A DNA stretch of 64,000 nucleotides from Callorhinchus milii (lineage: Eukaryota). The stretch lies in assembly GCF_018977255.1 (NCBI RefSeq), contig NW_024704742.1, positions 102,240,001 through 102,304,000 on the forward strand. The letters are read 5' to 3'. A model generated the notes under the pieces. It worked only from the letters and a program-made list of their open reading frames with translations, did not search any database and had not been told where the DNA came from. The translations under genes and the position numbers were made by a program. The stretch's first letter is position 1. Each line of letters opens with the position of its first letter. This document shows positions 50,401-64,000 of this stretch, in pieces.

Positions 50401-50570
50401 CAATAAATATTTTTATCTTTGTTTATTTCCCTCTTAATTTTTTCTCCTACATTTTTTTACAATCATAAATTTTAAAACAAAATGGCCTTAAAGACTAATG
50501 CCAGGTAATATTTTGTGCCTCTCGTGTGCTTGAGTTATGAGCATTACAAAATGGTTTAATGTACAATATT
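50092..50570 (+). repeat. 120-bp direct duplication (50092-50211 and 50451-50570), one mismatch
   Basis: atttttttacaatcataaattttaaaacaaaatg(t/g)ccttaaagac...gtacaatatt occurs twice, 359 bp apart. Confidence 0.95.
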
Positions 50571-53539
50571 TTTTACTTGTAATCATAAAAAATGTGTAAC
50601 CTAAGCAGAATCCAGATTTCTGAGCAGGAGGTTTGTTAGAAAACCAAAATGTCTCTCTGCAACTTTGGAACTGCATAGGTTGCAAGGTCACAAAGTTGAT
50701 CACAAGTGTTAATTAACACATTGCAAAATGCATCCCTACATTTTAAAATGTATGTTTTTATATGTCAGATCAAATATATTGTAGCTGCATGTTGTTGTAA
50801 GGACAATGTCATGGTTTAGACTTATTGTGGTGTATTACTTTATAATAGTTTGGGGGGGGTAATTGGCCTCAATGTTTCGGGGTGGGGGGGATAAAACATC
50901 CTGTTCCTGATCAGTTTCTAATAATCCCTATTGAAAGGTGAAAATGTAGACATTGAGGTTAAGACAGAACCAGCCTCAGCTTGTGCCTCCCATGGTTAAG
51001 TCTCCTGCTGATGTTGTCTGGGCTCGCACGCTGAGACGAGGCACTTGGGTGAGGGACCAGAGTGCAGCTGGTTTCTATTGAACCCAATTTAAGTCTCTGC
51101 TTTCAAGAGAGATGGCGAGAAAGGGGAATAAAATACAAATACTCTATATCATCTCAAAAATATTCATTTTAGTATGATATGATATTTCAGTGATCAGAAT
51201 GAATGGTTTTATGGTTCTTAATTTTAATCAGCATTAAATCATTGCTGAATATGAATAAAAAATATAGGGGTTGGGGAAAGTCCAATTTACTCTTTGTTAT
51301 TCGACTAAATGAGAAACACATTTAACTGGAATAATTTGACACCGGTTCAAAAAATCTTTCAGTAATTTAAGGTGAATTAAATTATGTGTGTTTTTAAATG
51401 CCACCAGACAGGCAGCCTGGGTCTTGCTGCTATATAGCACGGTGTAATTTTTAACAGTTGTAAAAGCAACATGCTGAGTGGAACAATTTAGTGAAATGAA
51501 AAGGAAATAAGTTACCAGCCTGCAAACCTTCCCTGAGGTGAGGAAACATTTGTTCTGTGTCTGTCTGTTCAAGTGTAGGTACATCTGTACACATTCTTAT
51601 TGGTGTCCACTGAACTAGAGTAAATGAACTTGGCAGTTCAATTTAAAGTAATGGTGACCTGTTTTGTAGCCTGGAACCACCATTATTTCCAGCTCTGTTC
51701 ATATGTCACTCAGCTTTTAATGCCTCGTTTTATGGGCTGCTACTTTAATATTTCATTGTGGAGCAGTAATCTGTCATTCTTAACAGAATACAGATCATTA
51801 AAATATTGGTATTATGTTGAGGTAAAGTATAAATAATTGGTAGACTGTTGACAATGAACCCCACTGTTAGAATAGTTGTTCTCCAATGCTGCTGTCTTTC
51901 AGTCAAATATCACCATGAGTTGCCATACACATTGTCTTGCCTCGTTTGTCTTTGCCTTGCAATAATCAGGCCTTGCGAAATGCATAAAGACAATTGTTCA
52001 AAACAAATATCATTTGGTTTAAAAAAAAAATTATATTATAAGGGAGTCTGGATTCTCCATTCCTGAATGCTATGTAGTGCATCCCTTGCATTTTAGTCTC
52101 ATCTCTTCAGGTATATTCACCAATAATTCAGGATTCATGCCATGACCTGAGTTCCTTGACAGGGTTCCATCCAAATAACTCTCATTCACATATCTGCCAA
52201 TCTGTGTATAATATCAGTCTCATTGGACTATTTAGTGCATTTAGTGCAAAACACTATTGATTTAAAAAATCACTGGCAGTGAGTGGGGGAGAAAAACCTC
52301 AATCTGGGTTCTCTGTTCCTGAACGCTACGTAGTGACGTGTTGTGGATATCACGTAAAGACAGGATTGGGTTTAGCAATAACATGGGTTTGATTAGGCCC
52401 GTGCCATTTGCTATCTAGATTAAGAATGAGTATTTGGGTGAGGTGTTGGTGAGCAGCCAGCACATGTTAGAAGGAGGTATAGAGGAGAGAAGAACTTGGA
52501 AACAATTTTATTCACATTTCAGCTTATGCACTTCAGTGTTGTGCCAGGGTGGTTCTTTGTGTGATGCTCTTAATTTGACAGCTCACATTACTTCTTTTAC
52601 TGGTATTTCACTTTTTAGCAAGCATTGTATATGGTAAAATGCTTTCTTCAGATACACGTTTGGAAAGGAAAAATCTATAATTGTTCTTGTAGGTGATTTC
52701 ACAGTTGAGTATACATACACTGAAAATGTCACACTCCCACTATTGCTGTTTTAACTGAAATTCCAGTGGAAAAAAGCTTACATTTCACTACAAGCAACAA
52801 TTTCACCCACTCACCATTAGATGTTACTGAAAATCCTACTCACAATGATGTTTACAACATTTAAAGAGCATTATAACCCAATAAAACTGTACTTGCTAGT
52901 TTTCAGTAACACATTGGATTCTTTTCCTGTTAGATCTGGCATTGTAAACTTGCAACAAAAAAACTGTTCCCTACCATATGATGTGAAGAAGTGTCACAGA
53001 ATTCACAGTCACAATAGTAATAGCAGAAGATGATACAAATCATAGTGGCAAAACGCTAAGGGCTAACAAAATCCTGCACACAAGATAAACAACACCAACT
53101 TGTAGTTATGTAACACCTTTCACACAGAGTGTCTCAAATAGTTTCTGACAGCCAAAGATATGAAACAGGCCTGAGTTGAAAGAGGAAAGAATTGATGGAA
53201 TCAGGGACATTAGCATCATCTCAGATTTTTGTTGTGTACTCATATTGCTTAACCTCGGTCTTGCAGTGTTTTAAGTTATTTGAAACCGTCAAAAGCATTG
53301 CAGCTTTAGAGCATATTTGGATCTTGTTTACACTGACCACTAAAGTATGTTTCGGTTAGCGTTGGTCCACAGTATACCCATGCTGTAAGTGAGTTAATGC
53401 TATATTGGGGTTCCTCTGTACCTCAAATTAGACTGTGTGTATCTTGTAAGCAACCATAGTTTCATGTAGTTGGAACATCTGAAAACGCTGGACAGAGACC
53501 AGAAGGAAGGAGAATTTAAGGATATTGACTAAATTCAAT

Positions 53540-53850
53540 GTCAATGAAGTATATATTTTAAGAGGGTTTGAAGGAAGGGTAAGATGAAGCAAGGAAAGGG
53601 AGTTTGGGTGACTGTGGGATCATAAGGCCAAAGGCTTGGCCTCCTTGGTGAGTTAGAAGAAATGGGGAATGTGCAGTAGTCCAGAACTAGAAGAATGGAG
53701 AGCATGGGAGAAAGGTCCTGAAGGAAATTGGGAGATAGGGAGGGGCGAGACTGTGAAGGCATTTGTAGGTCAGGATCAGAATTTTAAAGTTGACCTGTTG
53801 GGCTATAGGAATCCAGTGGAGTTTAGCAAGAATGAGCAATGTGTGGGGAG
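53540..53850 (-). mobile_element. Old degenerate L2 fragment
   Basis: Antisense remnant of the LHWIP..VNFKIL region. Confidence 0.6.
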
Positions 53851-56541
53851 CCACCCCTCCTTCCTCTCACTCAAAATCCTCCTCCTCTACCGGCCCCCTA
53901 AAACCTCTCCCACCTTCATCTCCGATATTTCGACACTTCTTACATCTCTCTGCCTCTGCTCTGATCGCCTCATCATCCTGGGCGACTTCAACCTGTACTT
54001 CACCCCCTCCTGCTCCATCTCCTCAGACTTCTCTTCCCTGCTCTCCTCGCTCAACCTCTCCCTCCACATCAACTCCCCCACTCACAGTCACGGCCACCCA
54101 CTCGACTTGGTGATCACCCGGGGCCTCAGTGTCTCAGATGTCACTATCACTGACAAGGCCGTCTCTGATCACCACTTCATCTCCTTCACCACCTCCACCC
54201 CCCTCCCCACCTCCACCAGACCCACCACCATCTTCTACCGCCCCTGGAAGAAGTTACCCCCACAATCCCTAACCGCTGCCTTGGAGTCCTCTGAACTCCT
54301 CTCCCTCTGGCCTTCAACCCTCACTGACCCCTCTTCTCCTCTCACCCTCCTCCACAACACCCTCTCCTCCACACTCGACACTCTTGCCCCCATCACCTCC
54401 CGTACTGTCTCCTACTCTCGCTCCTCCCCCTGGTTCACCACCCACCTCCGCTCACTGAAGAGCCAGGTGCGGGCCGCTGAACGCACCTGCGTCAAATCTG
54501 GCCTAACGGTCCACCGACAAATCTGGCTGGACCTCCTCAAAATCTACCGCTCCACTCTAGCCTCGGCCAAGTCGTCCTTCTACTCCAGGATAATCCTGGA
54601 GGCGAAGAACAACCCCAGGCTACTGTTTTCTACCACATCCCGACTCCTCCGTCCCCCCGCCACCCCGCACAGGTCATCTCCTCCAACCTTCACTGTGAGG
54701 AGATGCTGGATTTCCTTGAATCCAAAATCAAGGGAATCCACTCTGCGGTCACTTCCCCTCCAACATCCACCCACCCCCTCCCTCCCACCCTCTGACTCCT
54801 ACCCTTCCTCCCCTACACACTTTCGTACCCGTTTCCCCACCCTCTGTCACCAAACTCATCCTATCCCTGAAACCCACCACCTGCTCCCTTGACCCCATCC
54901 CCACTCCACTCCTTATCTCCCAGCTCCACCTCCTTGCCCCACATATCACAGACATCATCAACCTGTCCCTCTCCTCTGGCTCTGTTCCCATTCCCTTAAA
55001 AACTGCCACCATCACTCCCACCTTGAAAAAACCCTCCCTTGATGCGTCGCAGCTATCAAGCTACCGGCCCATCTCCAACCTCCCCTTCCTGTCCAAGGTC
55101 CTTGAAAGAGTTGTCGCCTCCCAGCTGCGCTCTTTCCTCTCCACCCATTCATTATTCGAACCCCTTCAGTCGGGTTTCCGTGCTGCCCATAGCACAGAAA
55201 CTGCCCTGGTCAAGGTCACCAATGACATCCTGACCATCTGTGACCAGGGCTCCCTCTGTCTCCTCGTCCTCCTCGACCTATCGGCAGCATTCGATACGGT
55301 CGACCACACTATCCTACTCCACCGCTTGTCCTCCCACCTCAACCTTCAAGGCACTGTCCTTGAATGGTTTAGGTCGTACCTTTCTCACCGTCTTCACTTT
55401 GTCTCAACGAATGGCTTCTCCTCCACCCCCCGTACTGTCTCATGTGGTGTCCCTCAGGGCTCTGTCCTCGGTCCCCTCCTCTTCACCCTCTATATGCTCC
55501 CCCTGGTGACATCATCCGCAGACATGGGGTTAACTTCCACATGTATGCGGATGACACCCAACTCTACCTTTCCTCCTCTACCCTCAACTCCACGACCACC
55601 GATGTCCTGACAGCTGCCTGTCCGACATCGAGTCCTGGACGAGAGACAACTTTCTTCAGCTCAACGTGCGCAAAACTGAGGCCCTCCTGATTGGCTCGCG
55701 TCAGCGCCTCTGCACCTCAGGCGCTGACAGCATCAGCATCCAAGGCTGCACTCTCCACCTCTCAAAGAAAGGTCAGGAACCTTGGTGTTCTGTTCGACCG
55801 TGAGCTGTCCTTTCTCCCTCATATCCGCGCCACAACTGGCACCGCCTTCCATCACCTCCGGAATATCACCAGACTACGGCACTACCTCACCCCTCACGCT
55901 GCTGAAACTCTGGTCCACGCCTTTATCACCTCAAGGCTGGACTATGGGAACTCTCTCCTCGCCGGCCTTCCCGGCACCTCCCTCCACAAGCTGCAGGTCA
56001 TTCAGAACTCTGCAGCTCGTGTACTGTCCCGCACCAGGCTTCGGGACCACATCACTCCCACCCTCGCTCGCCTCGACTGGCTCCCCATCCCCCAGAGGAT
56101 CGAATTCAAGATCCTCATCCTCACCTACAAGGCCATTCACGGCCTTGCTCCCTCCTACCTCTCTGACCTACTATCCCCCTACCTACCTGCCCGTACCTTC
56201 CATTCCTCTGGCTCCGGTCTGCTCCACATCCCCCGCCCCAACCGCCCTACCATCGGTGGCCGGGCCTTCAGTCTCTCAGCCCCCAGGCTCTGGAACTCCA
56301 TCCCCCAGTGCCTTCGCCGCTTCCTCCCTTTCCTTCTTCAAGGCCGGTCTCAAGACCTTTCTCTTTGACGGTGCCTTCAGCTCCCCTCTCGACTCTCTAC
56401 CCCCTCCTCGCTCCCTCCCTTCCCTCCCCTCACCCTGACCATTTCCCCCCTGCTCGGGTCCTGACGCAACTGTACAGCTCCTTGGGACGTCCTCCCGACG
56501 TGAAAGGCGCTCTATAAATGGAATCTTGTTGTTGTTGTTGT
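53851..56541 (+). mobile_element. Long 5'-truncated L2 copy with frameshifts
   Basis: Colinear with about 24590-27340; the ORF is broken into pieces by small indels near 54655, 54770, 55500, 55615 and 55765. Confidence 0.95.
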
Positions 56542-56669
56542 GATAACCTTTGTTAACTGTTTAGGACATACCTTAATCTGAGTTCTTCAGTCATATTATT
56601 GACTGTTTCTGTGCTGTAATGTTCTATGATTCCATTACTTGAAACTCCTTCTAGGGTTACATTCTTATT

Positions 56670-56981
56670 TAATAATAATCCTTGCATTTGATATAGCTGC
56701 TTATCACATCGTTGAGACATCTCAAAGTGCCTCCCAGAATATCCTGTAAAGAGAATTCACTATATATGTGACTGTTCAACGAACAGTCATTGATTGAGTG
56801 ACCAAATTATTTTTTTAAGCAATCTACCAATCAACTAACAACTAGGTTCCAACTTACTGCTTGGTAAACAGAGGCATGTGAAGTCAGGAAACTTGCCTAA
56901 GGTTTCACCTTTTCCGGGAATCAAACCCGCGTCCTCTCACTTGTGAGGTAAGTACTCTAACCAATACGCAACAGGACTCCA
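56670..56981 (-). mobile_element. Long-form tRNA-Ala SINE, degenerate
   Basis: (ATA)n tail, CORE-like segment, head ending acaggactcca. Confidence 0.82.
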
Positions 56982-59724
56982 CAAAAAATAAATTTAAAAT
57001 TTCCCTTACAGTAAATGTCTCGAATTATAACCCTTCAAGATATGGCTCTTCATGGCAATCCCATTACAACAGCAGTGTGATAGCAGGACCTCTTGTAACT
57101 CGGTGGATAAATTGCTCTCTGTACGCAGAGAAAAGAATGGTTTACCTGGGAATGATTACAAAACAGAAATCTAATGAAGAGTTTGGTTGAAATTTGAGTG
57201 GTGTGAGCTGTTTATATCTGTCACCTATCTCGATTAGATTACTGTGTTGCTATCACTGCAGGCTATCCGCTACCTTTTTATAGACTATAAATTTCACTGG
57301 GTTATTTTATGTTACTTTTTTTCCATTTTTTTCTAGTGCCAGTCATTAGAAGTCAAACGAACCGTCAGTATGCTCCATACTGCTAATGTGTGCTGGCTAG
57401 ATATTGTAGCTTTATTACTGCATGTTTTAGTGAGAAATCATTTGTGGTTGATTATGAAGAAATTCAGTGCCCTATGTTTAGCAGTACTGTGATCATTAAT
57501 AGTGTTGAACAGGTCTGGTCTCAATAAGTGCTAACAATCTCGCACTCTTGTTGTAAGAGACATGCTGAGTGCAACAGCAGAATATAATATCATTAGCAGT
57601 CCTCTTTACTCAGAGAGCTGAATCTCATTTACTTTAATGGCTTGCTGTTGTACAGAATTCTTCTTAACACCTGTGAAGAACAGACTGATACTAATTAATC
57701 TCTTCATGCTTGTTCCCCCCTTCATATTCCATTAAGAATACCATATCAAGTAAAAGGGAGAATATTAGGTGTCCTGCTGGGATACATAAAGGTTAGCTGC
57801 CCATGTTTAGTGTTAAAACGTGAATCCATGCTACGTTTGAATCCCTTTGTACTGCGGTGGGATTTCTCTGCACTGTACTGTTCATATTCTCATGCTCAAA
57901 ATGGTGTGAAAAAATTACAACTTCCTACAGATTTAATAAAGTAGAAATCTTGATCATTAAGAAATGGAGAGGGTATGGAAATGAAAACATTACATTTGAA
58001 ACTCACTATTATGAGAGACAACAGACTGACCTGTTTTACCCTATTGATGTGCCCTTAGTACTGAGGTTGGGAATTTAGTCACTATTAGTTTCACAAAAAG
58101 GGAAAATAACAATTATGAGAAAGTGTCTGAATGATAAGTTGTCTGTTGTGGACTGAGGTTTCCACAGGAGAGGTGTTACCTTACACCACTGGTGTAACCT
58201 CTAGGGAATAAATGGTTCACTTCACTAAAGAGCCCTGACCCAGCCATCGACCTCCTAATAATTCTGTGGCATTCCCAGATTGGCTTTCTCTTTACTGTGT
58301 ACTTCTAATGTGCAGTCTCTTGCTTTCATTCAGTCTAAAGGTTAAAGTTGTGATGGTTCTTTTGCTTCCCTCTTTCAAAGATAAGACCATTTACTTGTGT
58401 TGGGATTCATGCTGCACTTGAACCAACTGCTATCTGAGACCTCACCTGAGTGGCCAATCTTCCTATATGAGGTCTAGACACCAGTGTTTACCATTTTCCT
58501 TTTTGGAATTTTTCCCTGCACTTACCACAGTTTTGGAAATTATAATTTGCCTTTTTGAAAAGGTTACAATTTAAATCTCACAGTGTGCTGGTTATGTGAT
58601 CACAGGACATTGTAGCCCAGACTGAACCTGGCCTCAATTGAGTTGATTCAGCATAAATCACGCTATATTGCTGTAGGTGTTTGTTAACAAATGCTAGATG
58701 TCTTCCAGTGGTGGAAGTGAGGGGTAGGGTTGCAGGTGGGAATTAGATAAAGATTCTTTCCTAGGCTTCAGTCATACGTCCCAGCAGCTGCGTCATTACT
58801 GCAGAGGCTTGGGATCAAGTTGTCCATTTCTCTGTTGGCCTCTGTTAGTGCAGAATTGGGAAGATGAAGGTGATTTGTGAGAAAGTAGACATATTGATTA
58901 GAAAAAATTAAACATGGGTACAATGTTCTTCCCATTAAAGCTAAACCGTGAAAACAAATATCTTAGATCTTGGACACAATTTATATCTTGTAATGCCTGT
59001 TCTGGTAACAAATAGAGATTTAATGCCAGTTAAAGCATGTTGTTTCTTTGAGCTTCGAAATAATATCAATGACTCAAATCTTAATTTGGCTGAGTGGTGC
59101 TGCTCAAATAGTTTGTGGGAATATTGCAATAAAAGTATATTCCTGAAAGTATCTCAACTTTATTGTTCCGATATCTCCTAAATCACCATAGCCTATATTT
59201 AGCTTCTTTGAGCACTCAGCAAAATTTGATCTGAGCTAATTTGCCCTTGCATTTTTTTTGGAAGCAAGTTACTCATCTCAGAGATGACTATTTTGTTGGC
59301 CAGAATGAAAGTACACAAATTAAAGAACTATGTATTTTCTCACCCAACTGGGCTAGTGGGTAAAGGCTTGTTGAGCATTAGATAACTCACACCAATAAAG
59401 TTTCAGGTTTGAATCCACATCTGACCTTAGTTAGTTGATCTCAGCTGGGACAATGATTGGGGCATTACATTTGGCCTCGGCAAGCCTGGGTTTGGGAGGG
59501 GAGAAATTGGCCAGTTTTCTTTCGAAAAAGGATTACAGAAAAAAGGCTTCTAAATTGAAGAAAATGGGCTGAAAGCTAATACCTCTGAGTTTTCAGGAAT
59601 GGAAACCCTGTCTGATTTTCCCTTTCCTAACTTGGGATATTGGGGCCAACTATAGCACCTCTGGTGCTGCTGCACCTGAACAAACAGCACAGACGAGGGT
59701 TAGAACAAGGAAGAATCATATCTA

Positions 59725-60340
59725 TGTCAGCCTAGCTCAGTCGGTAGCACTCTCACCTCCGAATCAGAAGGGTGTAATTCAAGCCCCACGTAAGGACTTC
59801 AAATTCACCATCTGAATTTAAACAAGATCCAAAAACTCAATATTTTCTATCATGCCCCACTAAAAATGCTTCAGGAATTAGGCCAGTTGACATCTAGTTT
59901 GTAGCTGCTATCTTCAACAGCCATGTTGTTGTTTGATTAAAAAATCTTGGCCACAGAGTAAGTACAATACTGATTTTCCGACAATGGGGATTGATAATAC
60001 TAATAATAAATAATAATCCTTGTATTTTATTACTCTACTAGGGGAGCACTGCATTGTCAGAGGTCCATCCTTTGTATGTGATATTAAACCAAGGCCCTGT
60101 CTGCCTGTGCAGGTGGATGTTCAAGATCCCATGATTCAATTGGAAAAGATAAGGGATTTTCTCCCAGTGTCCTGGTCAACAATCCCCCAGGTGGTTGTCA
60201 CTGGGACATTGTGCACAAATTGATTTCTGCATTCATCTACAAATATACAGTCACTACATTTTACAAGCAATCCTGTGAAACATTTTGAGATATTTTGACA
60301 ACATGATTAAGTGCTATATCAAATGCAAAGATTATTATAA
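59725..60340 (+). mobile_element. Deu-domain SINE pieces (head 59725-59800; body and tail 60040-60340)
   Basis: gtcagcctagctcagtcggtagcactctcacctccgaatcagaagg; gagcactgcattgtcagaggt..aaaccaaggccctgtctgcc; tgcaaagattattat. Confidence 0.7.
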
Positions 60341-61906
60341 TAACCTTTCTAGTATGAATGACTGCTGCTCAATGAATACATTCGTAGAACCATTAGAGAA
60401 TCCGTCAGTGTTGTTTTTATGAGATGAGGTTGAGTTAATCTTGATCAAGAACACACCTGCGATTTGCAAAATACTAAATTCAACAGAGAGACAGAACAGG
60501 ATAATAACATTGTGGAAACGTGGCCTGCTTATTGGTATTCAAGTTGAAATTGCATTGTGTATATATCCAAACATTTACATGTCTGTCAACCATAACAGTC
60601 TATTTATTCTTCCAAAGAGATTATATAACTGACTATTTGCCTGTTAGTTGGTGGAGTCTATTGAGATGGCATGCACGTTCATCTGCCAGCATAGCAATAG
60701 CTTATCCGGTTATTATGTAGAAATAATTTACATTCATCTGCTCTTGAAACACTTACTTGATTTCATGACAAACTACAGTAATGATGAATTTAAATGGGAG
60801 AACTGATTGTTCTTCTATGGTAAAAGGTGAACACGGACAACCGGTACCATAGAGCCTTTGTCTAATGTCAGGCCCCAAGTGGTTCACACTCCTATTAAGT
60901 TCCTGGGCCCAAGATGATTATAATTTAATTGCACACAGTAGGCAATTGACTCTGGAAGTACCCAGTACCCCTGTCAGTAAGTTGCCTAAAGGTAAGAGCA
61001 AGAAAACATGTCTTATGATAACTGCTTTGCCAATATTTAAAAAAAATGCTAACTAACAATTAAATGTTAGTTTGTGCTGACCAATTTTCTATTTCACTAG
61101 GCTTTGGCATTTACTGTTCTGATCTTGGTCTGTTAGTATTTTTGAAGATCATTCCTCTCTGCAAGGCAGATGTGACATTCTATCTATAACTCCAGTGGCC
61201 CATTCTTTCCAACAGACCGTATGTAATTTGCACTGTGACAGAGTTTACCCACCTTCGTCATCCTTTGATTAATGTCAACAGGAACAGGTAAAACTTGTAA
61301 AAAGATAAAACAACATTAAAAATCTTCCAGTCCCCTAAAGTAATCAAGTAAAAATCCACAATATTAATCAAACATTGCAAACTACATTATTGAACCCTGA
61401 TCATTTGCTTTTTAGTGACATTCCATATTCCGTAGGAATACCAGTGTTATATAGTCCAATTGAGAATTTGATCACCGGCACTTTTTTTGTTCTATAACCA
61501 TTGTCCTTGTTCTGATCGGACACTCCTAATTCTATTTTTTAAAGAGCTTTTGATCGGAATCGTATCTACATATCTATTTCTCCATGGGAAATATTTGCTT
61601 TCTATTCCCCAGTCTCTCTTGAGCCTTATTAATTTTGTGCTCGTGTTCTCCAGTTCTGCAATTCTAATTTGATTTAAATAACCTGCTCATATCTACATAT
61701 TCGTGTTTTTCAGCAGTTTGAAAACACACATGAAGCTCATTCTTAATCTTGTTTCATCAATGGAAGCAAGTTAAATTCTCTACTTGCCTCCTAGAAGTTA
61801 AAGAGTTTTAAGTCGCTGAAATCCTTCTTAGTCCTATTCCAATGATCCATCTCTAATAGATGCACAATTAACAGACTTGCCTTGATGATCAAAGTTGATA
61901 TGGATA

Positions 61907-62364
61907 CCCTTCTCCGGGGTCTTGTGCATCGTGTCTCTGCGGACATGAACCATTTTGGACCCCCAGATCAGGTAGAAAACTGCTCTGGTGATTGCAGTAG
62001 CATTGTTCCTGGTCAAAGGCGAGACCTGGGCCATGTACAGTAACACCGAGAAGGCCTCACACTTTGACACCAAGTTTTTCCTAGTGATGGACAGTAAGCG
62101 CTTGGCACCACATCCCCAGTTTCTTCCTCACTGTATCAAGACGCTCCTCCCAGCTTTTTTGGCACGCCCTGGCAGCCCCGAACTAGATGTAGAGGACCTT
62201 GACGTAGTCTGGCTTCACCGCAAATGGCTTGCCACTGTGACCTTACAACTTCCTAAAATACATCATCCTGCTTTTCTGGCGGTTGACTTTGGTGCCCAAG
62301 GCCTGTTCAAACCGATCGCACGTGCTTAGCAAGCTCGCAAACGATTTTTGGTCTAGACTAGAGA
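61907..62364 (-). mobile_element. Tx1 (L1-clade) ORF2 internal fragment
   Basis: DRFEQALGTKVNRQKS..SWEERLDTVRKKLGMW..LSITRKNLV..LLYMAQV..AVFYLIWGSKMVHVRRDTMHKTPEKG, with stops and a frameshift. Confidence 0.8.
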
Positions 62365-64000
62365 TTTTTTTTGAAAATATATATTTATTTATAAATACAG
62401 TATTTGGTACAACAGAAATCCAAAACAAACACAATATCTTTTGTTAATTTTTTTTCCCTTTTCTCCCAATACAAAAAACATTCCGTTGTTTACGGTATAT
62501 TCCTCCCCCGCACATAGATTGTGCACACATTTTTTGGGATGCTCCCTTTAACACAGTCGGGAGTTGCCCCTGTGTACACCACATCCATGTACGTCCCTGC
62601 ACACACCCTGAGAAGATGCGGTTGCCGCTTTTGGAAGGTGCCCCGGTGTGCACCGTACACGCACATGCTTACCGAACGTGCATTTTCGGGACGCTCTTTG
62701 GTTACGTCCGGACCAACCTTCTGTCAGTTTTGAGTGCGCTCGTGAGCAGTTTGTGCCAGAGCGCCGGGTTTAGGCCCCATCTGGCCTTTGCTGTGGTTAG
62801 TATGAATTTCAACTTGTTCCTCAGTATATAGTTCCTGATTCTAGCGTGTGCGAGCCTGAGGCAGGCCCTCAACATCCCCTCGTTCTGCCAGAAGAACACC
62901 AGGTTGCAGGAGTGCCAAGTTTACCAAGTTTATGATTCTCCAGGCACACTCTATGTGGGTTTCGTTGTGAGTGCCTGGGAAGAGGCTGTGTAGCACCGAG
63001 TGCCGTGACAGTGGGACCCAGGGACGAACCGCGAGAGAATCCATTCCATCTTTTTCCAAACCCCCTTTTCAAAACAACACGCCAGGAAGAGGTGGCTCAC
63101 GGTCTCCTGGCCTCTGCAGCCAGCCCAAGGACAATGTGCTGACTGGCCCAGACCTCGACCGTACATAAAAGCCCTGAGGCGGAGGCCCCTTTTATCGCCA
63201 GCCAGGCCATATCCTGATGGTTGTTTGTCAGGGCCAGTGACAAGGCATTTTGCCAGATGTAGCTGGCTGTCACCCCTGGGTACATCCCGATCCTGTCTGC
63301 CCTCTCCCCCTTTCGAACTGCTTTGACTACCTGTTGCGCTGATCACTTGGGTGATTGCATGAGTGTCTGGGATGGTGTTGTTCAAGAACTTCTCAACATA
63401 GGATAGGTGTTTCAGCACGCTCCAACTGTGTGGAACGTTTCGAGGCAGTTCTGCCAGACCCACCCTTCTTAGCACTGGGTTCAGGTAGAAACCCAGTACA
63501 TAGCGGCATTTAATAATAATAATAATAATCCTTGCATTTGATATAGGGCTTTTCATGTCTTCTAGACGTCCCAAAGGGCTTCACAGAATATACTGTATGA
63601 ATTGATTGTGTATTTGTGGGCGAATGTGGCAGCCAATTGCGCGCAGCATTGTCCCACAAACAGTCATGGATTGAAAATGACCAATTTATTATTTTTTTTG
63701 GAGGGATTATTATTAGGCGTGTGGAATAAGGAAACTTGCCCAAGGTTTCGCCCTGCCTGGAATTGAACTCAGGTCTCTCACTTGCAAAGCGAGTGCTCTA
63801 ACCACTGAACTACAGGACTCCACATTTGTAGCCAGTATAGCGAGCCTCCAGGCACAGCCTCAGGCAGCTACACATGAAGGTGGCCACGAGGTTCAGGGCT
63901 ACATTAGGGACCCCTTTTTCCCTCCTTTTCTGGGGTTTTGTGAATCGTGTCTCTGTGGACACGATCCATCTTGGACCCCTAGATCAGTTTGAAGACCTCT
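62365..64000 (-). mobile_element. Tx1 (L1-clade) element 3' part, running off the window
   Basis: WQNALSLALTNNHQDMAWLAI; zinc knuckle CPWAGC..ETVSHLFLAC; 3' UTR ending aataaa...A-run at 62365-62372. Confidence 0.85.
63512..63822 (-). mobile_element. tRNA-Ala SINE, full short form, inserted in Tx1 ORF2
   Basis: CATTT duplication at 63507-63511 and 63823-63827; removing the SINE restores ..TGYKCRYVLGFY.. Confidence 0.95.

Noticed and set aside
53669..54892. 407-aa ORF that looks like a novel N-terminus fused to an endonuclease
   Set aside because: Chance read-through from an antisense old L2 fragment into a 5'-truncated L2 at 53851; it has a non-ATG start and a frameshifted end
58146..58200. 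Short palindromes (ttacaccactggtgtaa)
   Set aside because: Too short to distinguish from chance or an unassignable ancient repeat remnant

Overview
Repeat-dense vertebrate DNA, intergenic or intronic. The repeat repertoire (CR1 and L2 LINEs, Deu-domain tRNA SINEs, Tx1) points to a cartilaginous fish; this is inferred, not database-confirmed. No host protein-coding gene could be recognised, and nearly all long ORFs are retrotransposon-derived. The centrepiece is an apparently intact single-ORF L2-clade LINE (about 23511-27340; 1086-aa APE+RT ORF from ATG 23928). Its 5' region is unusual: two identical 88-bp monomers, a candidate 68-nt GT-AG intron built from an A21/C29 tract, hairpins and stop-start uORFs. 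Its likely partner is an abundant modular SINE with a tRNA-Ala-like head, a CORE-like segment, the 3' half of the local Deu-SINE and an L2-type stem-loop tail, present in long and short forms. Also seen: a related L2 with a different 5' UTR, nested CR1/L2/SINE and Tx1/Tx1/SINE insertions, a TA-flanked pogo/Tigger-like MITE, a 120-bp templated duplication, an isolated pre-miRNA-like hairpin and one candidate exon. Boundaries of old repeats are approximate and family names rest on recalled consensus motifs.
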